DNA of 64,000 nucleotides from a virus (Duplodnaviria; Caudoviricetes): IMG/VR virus record IMGVR_UViG_2728369500_000003, positions 9,917 to 73,916 of that record; one strand, 5' to 3'. Shown piece by piece: positions 55,622 to 64,000 of this stretch (position 1 is its first letter; each line of letters starts with the position of its first letter). The notes under the pieces were generated by a model. It saw only the letters and a program-made list of their open reading frames with translations, ran no database searches and was not told where the DNA came from. The position numbers and the translations under genes were made by a program.

Positions 55622-56664
55622 ATCAGATATACATCAAAGTACTCTATAATGGTAAAAACATTACCGCAGATGTAAGCAAAAGCCTCATGTCTTTGGGGTA
55701 TACCGATCATATGTCCCAAGCCGACACCCTGGATATTTCCCTGGAAGATTCACAGGGTAAATGGCAATCTGAGTGGTATCCGGAGAAAGGAGCCACAATT
55801 ACCGCTCAAATCGGGATTTTAGGAGCTGAGGTCTTAGATTGCGGAACCTTTGAAATTGATGAGATTGAATTGTACGGCAGCCCCGATGCTGTCAATATAC
55901 GCTGTATCGCAGCCGGATTTAAACAGGGACAGAAAAGAACCTTAAAAAGTCATGTTCACGAAAAGAAAACCCTTTCTCAGATCGTGCATACCATTGCCGC
56001 AGATTTAGGGTTGAAAGTCATTGGCACTATCGGTAATATAACAGTAGACAGGCTCGTTCAGCAGAAAAAAGGAAACCTGACCATGCTCAAAAAACTCGCT
56101 TCCAGATACGGCTATACCTTCAATGTCAGGGACCAGAATTTAATTTTTATTAAAAATCAAGAGCTCGAGAGTAAACAGGCCGTAGCCTATTTCGATAAAA
56201 CCGATCTGATCAGCTTCTCTTTAACCGATAGAACTTTTGGTACCTATAGCTCCGCATCTATCAGATTTCACAATCCGGAAGCAGGAGCCATTATTGAGTA
56301 CAAGACCTCTGAGGGAGGACTCCCTAATTCAGATGATATCCTGCATTTAGAACAGAGCGTAGATAGTATCGAGCAGGCACAGCAGATCACAAAATCAGCC
56401 CTCCGGGAAGCGAATAAAATGCAGCAATCAGGAAATATTTCCCTTCCCGGATCTGTGGTTCTGATAAGCGGCAATATCATTTCCCTGCGTCGCCTGGGAA
56501 GACTTTCCGGGGGTTACCTGATCAAAAGTGCTTCTCATACCTTGAGCAGTACCAGCGGCTGGCTGGTAGATGCAGAGGTCTATAAAGTAGGATGTAAGGA
56601 GGAGCTAGAAAAACAGACCGAAAAAAATACCCCGAAAAAAAATAAAAAAAACAGCAGCCAGTAA
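55609..56664 (+). CDS. Late control D (B)
   Basis: Homolog of 13100-14155. Confidence 0.85.
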   Translation: METIDQIYIKVLYNGKNITADVSKSLMSLGYTDHMSQADTLDISLEDSQGKWQSEWYPEKGATITAQIGILGAEVLDCGTFEIDEIELYGSPDAVNIRCIAAGFKQGQKRTLKSHVHEKKTLSQIVHTIAADLGLKVIGTIGNITVDRLVQQKKGNLTMLKKLASRYGYTFNVRDQNLIFIKNQELESKQAVAYFDKTDLISFSLTDRTFGTYSSASIRFHNPEAGAIIEYKTSEGGLPNSDDILHLEQSVDSIEQAQQITKSALREANKMQQSGNISLPGSVVLISGNIISLRRLGRLSGGYLIKSASHTLSSTSGWLVDAEVYKVGCKEELEKQTEKNTPKKNKKNSSQ

Positions 56665-56717
56665 GTTTTAATGATAATAAAGCCAACTGGAGAATCCTTA
56701 AAAAATTGACCACCACA

Positions 56718-57203
56718 ATGCTAAAATTCGGATTTATAACAGAAATAGACCACGCTAAAGGGTGTGTCAGAGTGAACTTTGCCAGCGATCAGATCGTCAG
56801 CAATCCCCTGCCGGTATCTGTACCGGCTTCAAAAAAAGATAAATACACATTCCCATTTTCAATCAATGAGCAGGTATGGTGCCTGATGGATGAAAACTGT
56901 GAATTCGGAGTCGTGGGCGGTGCCATCTATTCCCAGAAAGATTTCCCGCCACAAGGAGCCCGTGAAGATAAGCTCATCACAGAAATGAACGATGGTACAT
57001 TTAGACTGGAAATCGATAAAGCAAGCGGGAAATTCAAGATCAGCAATCCGGATGTTAGTTTTAAGGAATTGTTTGAGGATTTAAAATTACTCATTCAAAA
57101 CCTCAAAGTCAAAACATCCTCAGGACCCAGCGTAGGACTCCTGCCCGATACCATAGAGCGGTTAAACCAGTTCGAACAGAAATACGAAAAAATACTATCC
57201 TGA
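56718..57203 (+). CDS. Baseplate spike gpV-like (B)
   Basis: Homolog of 14206-14691. Confidence 0.8.
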   Translation: MLKFGFITEIDHAKGCVRVNFASDQIVSNPLPVSVPASKKDKYTFPFSINEQVWCLMDENCEFGVVGGAIYSQKDFPPQGAREDKLITEMNDGTFRLEIDKASGKFKISNPDVSFKELFEDLKLLIQNLKVKTSSGPSVGLLPDTIERLNQFEQKYEKILS

Positions 57204-57424
57204 TGCCATTAGATAAAAATACATTAAAAACCGAAATTAAAGCCATTCTATCCGATATGGAAAACAAAGAAACGGACAGCAAAGAAGAATTCGCCCAAAG
57301 ACTTTCAGAGGCTATTGATGCATTTGTTAAGAGCGCTACGGTAACCATTGCTGCAGGAATTCCGGTAACAACCTCCGGCGGATCGGGCTCTACTTCAGGG
57401 GAAGGAGCTGGAACCATCTCCTAA
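57203..57424 (+). CDS. Small baseplate-region protein (B)
   Basis: Homolog of 14691-14912. Confidence 0.6.
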   Translation: MPLDKNTLKTEIKAILSDMENKETDSKEEFAQRLSEAIDAFVKSATVTIAAGIPVTTSGGSGSTSGEGAGTIS

Positions 57425-57427
57425 AGG

Positions 57428-57471
57428 CAAATATTCAGCAAAAATTTTCCCGGCACAAGACATTAAGTTTG
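57428..57471 (+). promoter_or_regulatory. Putative late promoter (B baseplate)
   Basis: CAAATATTCAGCAA plus TAAGTTTG at 57464. Confidence 0.6.
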
Positions 57472-57475
57472 CCCT

Positions 57476-58393
57476 ATGCAAGTGAGCGATATCCCAACAA
57501 AAAACTGGCAGTTAGACCTTAACAATGCAGGGAAAATTCTAACCGGATATGATGATATTCAGCAGTGTATTGCTGTTATTCTGCGCACCCGAAAAGGAGA
57601 AGATCCCCTGAGACCCGACTTTGGAAGTGATATCTGGAAATGGCTCGATAAACCCATATCCGCCTCAATTCCCAACATGAAAAGAGAAATTATTCAGGCC
57701 CTGCAATCATATGAACCCCGAATAACCATCCAAAAAATTGTCCATGAAATGGATATAACAGAGGATAAAAGCAATATTATTTTTGGTATTACCTACAAAA
57801 CCGCAGAAGATTACACGGGTACCTTTCAGTATTCCCTGAAACAGGACACCAGGCCTTTGGCTCTTTCCGCTTCCTACCTGACTAATGCATTCCTCTATTT
57901 CATTGATATGTCTTTACAGGGAATGCCCGTGAGTCCCGCTAGTCCACAAAATGGGTTCCTGTCTATTAATGAAATGATGAAATGGGTTCATCAATTTTGG
58001 GGAAATTTGGGCAATTGGTACTTACTCCTCCAGGAAAACAAGGTGATCGTGTATATCAATACCCAATTAGGGGCATCCGGTAAACTTGCCATCACAAGTG
58101 TTACTGGTGAATTACACGCACCATTTCCAGAGAGATACGATCTTATGAATTACAATGTTGTATTGAAGAAAGAGGGGAAAAGAATATCGCCATGGCCATC
58201 AGAAGGTTTTGAGACAGAAAATGAAGCGTTGAATTTCGTAAGTCAGCAATACAAAGACTATGGGAAGTGGATCTTAAAAGACAATTATTTAGTGCTCATA
58301 GCAAGTGAGCCTTTAGATGGCTGTACGTTAGAAATTAACCTATTAACAAAAGGGGCTTTTAGCTCTGATTTTAATGAAGACTTTGAAATATAA
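57476..58393 (+). CDS. gp25/GpW-family protein with extension (B)
   Basis: Homolog of 14964-15881. Confidence 0.8.
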   Translation: MQVSDIPTKNWQLDLNNAGKILTGYDDIQQCIAVILRTRKGEDPLRPDFGSDIWKWLDKPISASIPNMKREIIQALQSYEPRITIQKIVHEMDITEDKSNIIFGITYKTAEDYTGTFQYSLKQDTRPLALSASYLTNAFLYFIDMSLQGMPVSPASPQNGFLSINEMMKWVHQFWGNLGNWYLLLQENKVIVYINTQLGASGKLAITSVTGELHAPFPERYDLMNYNVVLKKEGKRISPWPSEGFETENEALNFVSQQYKDYGKWILKDNYLVLIASEPLDGCTLEINLLTKGAFSSDFNEDFEI

Positions 58394-59496
58394 TGGAAGC
58401 ACCTGAATTTATAGATATAGACCCTGAAACCATTATCCGCGAGATAAAATCGGACTACGAGCAGATGACCGGCAGTACCCTTTATCCCGGACAGGTAGAA
58501 CAATTGCTGATTAATGCTTTGGCCTATCGGGAAGTCTTATTAAGAACACAGATTCAAAATGCCGCAACACAGAATCTGGTAGCCTTCAGCTCTGCTCCCT
58601 TTTTAGATTTCCTGGGAGATCTGGTCGGCGTAAAAAGACTTCCCCCTTCTAAGTCTTTCGTTCAGGTAAAAATGAAATGTACGCCAGGACACGGAGTTCT
58701 CACCATACCAAAGGGCATCAGAATACAGTCTAATAATACCGGGGAGGTCTTTGCTCTCATGGAGGATGTAACCTTTCAGGCTGATGAAGATGAAAAAACA
58801 GCATCACTTGTCAGTGTGAATAACGGCGCACAGGCTAATGGATTGAATCCCGGGGAAATATCAATCATATTAGACCCTCAGCCTTATCTCTTCTCGGTAA
58901 CCAACATCAATACATCCACAGGCGGAAGCAATGAAGAATCGGACGAAGCTTTGCGCCAGCGTATTATGCTGGCCCCACAATCATTCAGCAATGCGGGAAG
59001 CCGCGGAGCGTATGCTTTTTTTGCACGCAGCGCCAATGCAGCAATTATGGATGTAGGAATCACCTCCCCTGTTCCGGGACAGGTTAATATTTATCCATTA
59101 ATGAAAGATGGAGAATTACCTGACCAGGGCATTTTAGATGAAGTAAAGATGGCTCTTGCCGATGAAAAAGTAAGACCCCTCACAGACACCGTTATCGTAC
59201 TGCCCCCTACCGCTAAAAGTTACCAGATTGATGTTGATCTCACATTAATCACAGGGGCTTTACGTTCGGAAGTTATCGCTATGGTACATGATAAACTCAT
59301 CAATTATGCCAGCAGCAGGATGATGAAAACAGGGCTTGACGTGGTTGTCGAAAAAATTATAGGGGAAGCCATGAAAGTAGATTCTGTGTATGACGTAAAG
59401 GTAAATTCACCTTTATCGACAATCCTTGTCGGTGAAGATCAGGTGGCCCTATGCACGGGGGTCAATGTTAAAGCAACAGGATATAGCGATGAATAA
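58393..59496 (+). CDS. Baseplate J (B)
   Basis: Homolog of 15881-16984. Confidence 0.9.
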   Translation: MEAPEFIDIDPETIIREIKSDYEQMTGSTLYPGQVEQLLINALAYREVLLRTQIQNAATQNLVAFSSAPFLDFLGDLVGVKRLPPSKSFVQVKMKCTPGHGVLTIPKGIRIQSNNTGEVFALMEDVTFQADEDEKTASLVSVNNGAQANGLNPGEISIILDPQPYLFSVTNINTSTGGSNEESDEALRQRIMLAPQSFSNAGSRGAYAFFARSANAAIMDVGITSPVPGQVNIYPLMKDGELPDQGILDEVKMALADEKVRPLTDTVIVLPPTAKSYQIDVDLTLITGALRSEVIAMVHDKLINYASSRMMKTGLDVVVEKIIGEAMKVDSVYDVKVNSPLSTILVGEDQVALCTGVNVKATGYSDE

Positions 59497-60121
59497 TATA
59501 CTGCCCGAGAGCTTGCAGCAACCCCATATTATCGCTTTTGACCTTTTGGCAAAAAAACGCTTTAATGCCATAGAGCTAGATACTCTGCTGGCCTACATGA
59601 TTGATTCTGTCCCAGAGTCCGTCTTAAGAACATTAGCGATTCAGTTTGATCTCATGGGATACAATGGATGGAAACTCGCAGACACCACCGAAAAGAAAAG
59701 AGATCTTATCAAAACAGGAATTGAGCTTCACAGGTATAAAGGGACGCTCTGGGCCATCAAAGAAGCCCTGAGAACAGTCGGATTTGCTGATGCAACCATT
59801 ACTGAGCATGTAAACCACTGGGCAGGATTTACCATTGAACTGGGTATTGGACAGAATGCTGTAGATCCACAGCGTATTGAAGATGCTCTGGCCATGGTCA
59901 AAGCCTATAAGAATGAACGCTCACATCTGATGGGATTTGAATTTAAACTCGATTTCGATGAGGGCCTTACAATAAAAGATGACAGCTATGAAGCGCCCGG
60001 AATAGAAAGTGAAGATGCGGTATTCTTAGGGGGTGACTTTATATATGACGGCACCTACACCTACAATGGTGAAAAAAATTACAACAACGACAACGATGTT
60101 TTAGAAATCATAATAAGCTGA
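59489..60121 (+). CDS. Tail protein I (B)
   Basis: Homolog of 16977-17609; start MNNILP. Confidence 0.85.
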   Translation: MNNILPESLQQPHIIAFDLLAKKRFNAIELDTLLAYMIDSVPESVLRTLAIQFDLMGYNGWKLADTTEKKRDLIKTGIELHRYKGTLWAIKEALRTVGFADATITEHVNHWAGFTIELGIGQNAVDPQRIEDALAMVKAYKNERSHLMGFEFKLDFDEGLTIKDDSYEAPGIESEDAVFLGGDFIYDGTYTYNGEKNYNNDNDVLEIIIS

Positions 60122-60122
60122 T

Positions 60123-60563
60123 ATGAAAGAAAATATAATAACAAAAGGATCCCTGGAAATCATTGTAAAAGATTCGGCAACACGACAAACCCTGGAGCGG
60201 ATGAGCGGTGATAATCTTATTGTTTCGGGAGGAATCATCAACGTAGCGAAACTATTGGGCGGAGAAGCTTCCGGGAAAAGTATTTCCAAAGTAGGTTTTG
60301 GTGAAGGTCTCACCGATCCCTCACCACAAGACAATGCCCTGGTCAATGGGTTCTATAAAAATATAGATAGCATTACCTACCCTTCCCTGAGTAAAGTACA
60401 ATTTACTTTTTCTTTAGCTGCAGGGGAGGCGAACGGACTCAAAATTACAGAGCTGGGACTTTTTAATGCAGATCTGGTCATGTTTTCAAGAAAAACCAGA
60501 CCGGAAATACTCAAGACATCAGCAATTATTTTAACAGGAATCTGGACCATAACAATTAACTAA
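60123..60563 (+). CDS. Baseplate/fibre attachment protein (B)
   Basis: Homolog of 17611-18051. Confidence 0.55.
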   Translation: MKENIITKGSLEIIVKDSATRQTLERMSGDNLIVSGGIINVAKLLGGEASGKSISKVGFGEGLTDPSPQDNALVNGFYKNIDSITYPSLSKVQFTFSLAAGEANGLKITELGLFNADLVMFSRKTRPEILKTSAIILTGIWTITIN

Positions 60564-60564
60564 A

Positions 60565-61542
60565 ATGGGAGTTTTACAGGAATCAGCAGAGTGGGAAAAC
60601 AGCATCTATCAGATTGAACAGTCTGATGTGGTACGTGGAGGCGATCCGCAATCGGGAGGTGTTGCTAACAGACAGGCTCAGCAGTTGGCTAATAGAACGA
60701 AGTATCTGTATGATAATTTCAGCAAACGAAAAGCCGTAACAATCAAGCAAGTCTCAGCGAGCATTACTTTGGCTTTGTCAGACGTGATGGATAAGGATGT
60801 TGTTTTGGATATTCAAAGTAGTGGCAAAATAATAACTGTAAATACTTCGGGCATTATTGATGGTATTGCTATTTCTTTCACTGCACTAGCCACAAATAGA
60901 AACGCCGTGAAAATAGAAATGGGGCTACCGATAGAAGGAACTCCAGATGATGAGTTTAAAACGGATTTGTGGTTACATGGAGGAGAAAGTTTTTCAGCCG
61001 TTCATTATGGGGGTAAATTGTATATGATAAGTGGAAATATTCACCTGGAAAATATTGGAGAAGTAATCTATGGGTATACTCCACAATCTTTTTGTGTGCC
61101 GGCAAACGGTACTGTTATTAACCGTGCAGACTTTCCAAGACTATGGCAAATGATTAACAAATATGCAAAAGTTGTTACAGATTCCGAATGGCTTAGTGGT
61201 AATAATTTAAACAGTGGATATTTTTCTTCCGGCAATGGTGTTTCCACTTTTAGAACCCCAGATTTACGAGGCCTGTTTATCCGTGGATTAGACGGAGGAA
61301 GAGGTATAGATTTAGATAGAAATTCAAGCACTTTTAAAGATGGTTCTTTTCAGACGGACGCTATAAGAAAGCATAAACATCAACTTGATGATATTCATCC
61401 TTATGGTGGATTTGCAGACGTAGGAGGCGGATTTGATGGCGGAGGAAATAACTTTAAATGGAGAAATACCGATACCCAGGAAGTCGGAACCTATGAAACA
61501 AGACCACAAAACATAGCCTTAACACCTTATATAAGATTTTAA
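60565..61542 (+). CDS. Tail fibre with collar domain (B), diverged allele
   Basis: Same length as 18053-19030 but many substitutions. Confidence 0.85.
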   Translation: MGVLQESAEWENSIYQIEQSDVVRGGDPQSGGVANRQAQQLANRTKYLYDNFSKRKAVTIKQVSASITLALSDVMDKDVVLDIQSSGKIITVNTSGIIDGIAISFTALATNRNAVKIEMGLPIEGTPDDEFKTDLWLHGGESFSAVHYGGKLYMISGNIHLENIGEVIYGYTPQSFCVPANGTVINRADFPRLWQMINKYAKVVTDSEWLSGNNLNSGYFSSGNGVSTFRTPDLRGLFIRGLDGGRGIDLDRNSSTFKDGSFQTDAIRKHKHQLDDIHPYGGFADVGGGFDGGGNNFKWRNTDTQEVGTYETRPQNIALTPYIRF

Positions 61543-61543
61543 G

Positions 61544-62923
61544 ATGGATACCACCAATATTAAAAATAAAATCAACCTAAACATCAAAGACAATCAGGCA
61601 AGGGAAATTACCGCTGAAAAAGTCAGGGACGTGCTGTATTATATCGTGGATGAGTTTAATGATAACTTTCTCGATGAAAAAGGCATTGATGGAAAACTCG
61701 ATAAAACTACACAGACTGTTTCAGGTCCTGATACCGTTTTTAAGTATGCCTATATTCTTGACCAGGATAATAATGTCAGAAGAATCCTTGCCGGTGATAT
61801 GGGGAAAAATGTTGCCAATTCGGCATTGACATCAATTGCCGGAGCCGGATTGACTCTAGGCGCCAACTGGACCATTAATACAGCAGGGTTCTATTATTAC
61901 CTCAAAAATTTGCCCGATAAATCAACAGATTCCACATTTGTAAGAATGAGAGTCCAGGATTCAACAGGCCAGGAAGCATGGAGTAACGGGAAAAATATCG
62001 TTTTACGTTTTCCCTCTCTGGCAACCGATGCCGAAAAAACGACCTTTAGAAATGGACTCAAACTGTCAACTGAAAATTTCTCTACAGGTACCCCAAGGAT
62101 TGATGTTTTACTCCTTCCTTTTATTGACAATACAAAGAACTTCATTCAATATACAACCCTTGTAGGATTAAATCTATTCGTGGATAATGTTACCCCAAAC
62201 GCCTATATCAAAATTAAAAGAATCAAGGATATAAACGGCACAAATCTTCCGGCACCCGAAGTATATGATGTCGATAATTTCACTGTGCTACAGAATTTCC
62301 CCAATAACCTGAATTTTGGAATCAACTGGAAAACAAAGCCCGAAGGATATTACCAGGTTTTTGTAACCCATAATGGGTTAACAAATTCAAGCTCCCCGGA
62401 ATTAATCGTAAAAGAAGGATTAACTTACAGTCAGTTTACAGGGATAACGAACTGGAAGAAAGCTTCAGGAGGGGATTCTTCCGTAAATGACACAGCCATT
62501 TCATCTGGATCTCAAAACACACTCTATTACTCAGATAACTTAATAAATACCGCCGAAGTAAATGCAGGTTTTATGGCCTCATTTTCTTTAAATAATCAAT
62601 TAACCAACTATGGAGCGAACTTCGTTAACTTTTGGAGATGCGGGTTAATTGGCAACGGGGATAGCGTATTCTATGGAGTACAGTACTACGATGGCGGGGG
62701 AATAGGGATGTTACCCAACACTACATTAGCCGTAAGAAACGATACTTTTCATATTGCCTATTATAACGGAGTCGTATATGTCATCGCCGAAGGAAATGGG
62801 AAGACGTACCAACAGTTTAACAGTACTTACAATTTATACCCGAAAAGGTTTGTTTTCCAACTAGGTGGAGGCGGGCAAGGATCTATGAGCATGCAGTTAC
62901 TAGGAAAAATTCTATTGTCTTAA
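61544..62923 (+). CDS. Putative receptor-binding/structural protein (B)
   Basis: Homolog of 19032-20411. Confidence 0.5.
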   Translation: MDTTNIKNKINLNIKDNQAREITAEKVRDVLYYIVDEFNDNFLDEKGIDGKLDKTTQTVSGPDTVFKYAYILDQDNNVRRILAGDMGKNVANSALTSIAGAGLTLGANWTINTAGFYYYLKNLPDKSTDSTFVRMRVQDSTGQEAWSNGKNIVLRFPSLATDAEKTTFRNGLKLSTENFSTGTPRIDVLLLPFIDNTKNFIQYTTLVGLNLFVDNVTPNAYIKIKRIKDINGTNLPAPEVYDVDNFTVLQNFPNNLNFGINWKTKPEGYYQVFVTHNGLTNSSSPELIVKEGLTYSQFTGITNWKKASGGDSSVNDTAISSGSQNTLYYSDNLINTAEVNAGFMASFSLNNQLTNYGANFVNFWRCGLIGNGDSVFYGVQYYDGGGIGMLPNTTLAVRNDTFHIAYYNGVVYVIAEGNGKTYQQFNSTYNLYPKRFVFQLGGGGQGSMSMQLLGKILLS

Positions 62924-63166
62924 CAGGTACGAACATTTAAACGTACCGAAAAATATTCAAAAAATTACCTTTTTATAGTCAGTTTGTTCTGCACATTAGG
63001 TAAACACCTTATAAAGTGGGATTATAAGCTGACTACATTATATGCCATTCTAACAAGTAGTAATCTCGTTTTTGACAGCATTGCCTATGCCCAAAAAGAT
63101 GAATAAAAAAACTCAGAAGCTATTACAGTGATGCTAATATATTAATCGTTTAATACAATAATCACA

Positions 63167-64000
63167 ATGAAAAATTATACTCAGGCTCCTTTGCCTTTTC
63201 AGGGACAGAAAAGAAAATTTTTAAAACACTTTAAAGAAGCTTTAAAAGAATTCTCACCCAATGCTACCTATGTAGATTTATTTGGTGGATCGGGACTGCT
63301 CAGCCATACTGTCAAAAATTTCTATCCGAATGCAACGGTTATTTATAATGATTTTGACAATTACACCGTACGCATTGAGAATATTGATAAGACCAATGTT
63401 TTACTGGCCGATATTCGGGCAATCTGTTCTAAAAACTCCAATAGAAAAGACAAAGAAAAACTAAGCGAAGGCATTTGCCATGAAATTATTGAAAGAATAA
63501 GCCATGAGCAAGGTTTTATCGACTGGGTGACCATATCATCATCGTTACTGTTCTCCATGAATTATGTGACAAACTTTGACCAGCTGAAAAAAGAAACATT
63601 CTATAATAGGGTCAGATTAAATGATTATAACGCAGAGGGCTATCTTGAAGGGGTAAACAGGACTAAAAAAGATTATCGTGATTTATTTGCCGATTATAGA
63701 AATAATACAGATGTAGTCTTTTTGGTTGATCCTCCCTATCTATCAACAGATACCACAACATACAACCGTAATGATTATTGGAAATTGTCAGACTATCTCA
63801 ATGTACTCAAGACTATTGAAGATACATCTTACTTCTATTTTACAAGCAATAAAAGCCAAATTACAGAGCTTTGCGAGTGGATGCAGCAGCATGGATACTG
63901 CAGAAGTCCTTTTGATGGAGCTAAAACCATAACTGTAGGAACACAGTTAACTTACAATGCCGCTTATAATGATATAATGATCTATAGAAATATTTTTTAA
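63167..64000 (+). CDS. Orphan DNA adenine methyltransferase (B)
   Basis: Homolog of 20658-21491, DPPY motif. Confidence 0.88.
   Translation: MKNYTQAPLPFQGQKRKFLKHFKEALKEFSPNATYVDLFGGSGLLSHTVKNFYPNATVIYNDFDNYTVRIENIDKTNVLLADIRAICSKNSNRKDKEKLSEGICHEIIERISHEQGFIDWVTISSSLLFSMNYVTNFDQLKKETFYNRVRLNDYNAEGYLEGVNRTKKDYRDLFADYRNNTDVVFLVDPPYLSTDTTTYNRNDYWKLSDYLNVLKTIEDTSYFYFTSNKSQITELCEWMQQHGYCRSPFDGAKTITVGTQLTYNAAYNDIMIYRNIF

Larger units (their letters stand above)
32088..64000. mobile_element. Prophage B (left boundary at tRNA-Thr att fragment; right end outside window)
   Basis: Repressor/cro, replication, terminase, portal, capsid, contractile tail and methylase genes in canonical order. Confidence 0.9.

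Noticed and set aside
479-63932. Numerous 60-160-aa antisense or alternative-frame ORFs overlapping phage genes (e.g. 1039-1512, 9868-10341, 47166-47639)
   Set aside because: Shadows of conserved genes with no motifs; their apparent conservation is explained by the sense-strand duplication
1-64000. Duplication as an assembly artefact or phage concatemer
   Set aside because: The copies differ by many scattered substitutions and by different inserts, so they are not identical repeats (long reads would still be the final check)

Overview
Flavobacterial (Chryseobacterium/Elizabethkingia-like, inferred from TAnnTTTG promoters, a T9SS-type cargo protein and gene content) chromosomal window made almost entirely of two related but non-identical temperate prophages in tandem. 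They meet at a 44-bp 3' half of tRNA-Thr(GGT) (32088-32131, minus strand). Prophage A (left, open at position 1) shows head-to-tail genes, a DNA adenine methylase, an Rhs polymorphic-toxin cargo operon and the integrase. Prophage B (right, open at 64000) shows repressor/cro, replication, lambda-type terminase/portal, a protease-capsid fusion, a P2-type contractile tail and the same methylase. Each copy carries a different antisense defence module at a different position, each immediately upstream of a conserved late-promoter motif. A has trypsin-like protease + EcoRI-family MTase + DUF262/HNH nuclease (5.6-9.3 kb); B has a HaeIII-type R-M pair (44.2-46.5 kb). Both modules are bordered by related attC-like palindromic repeats, and module A also by IS-like inverted-repeat scars. 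No endolysin/holin, CRISPR array, reverse transcriptase or intact tRNA/rRNA was recognised. All family assignments come from motif recognition by eye, not database searches.
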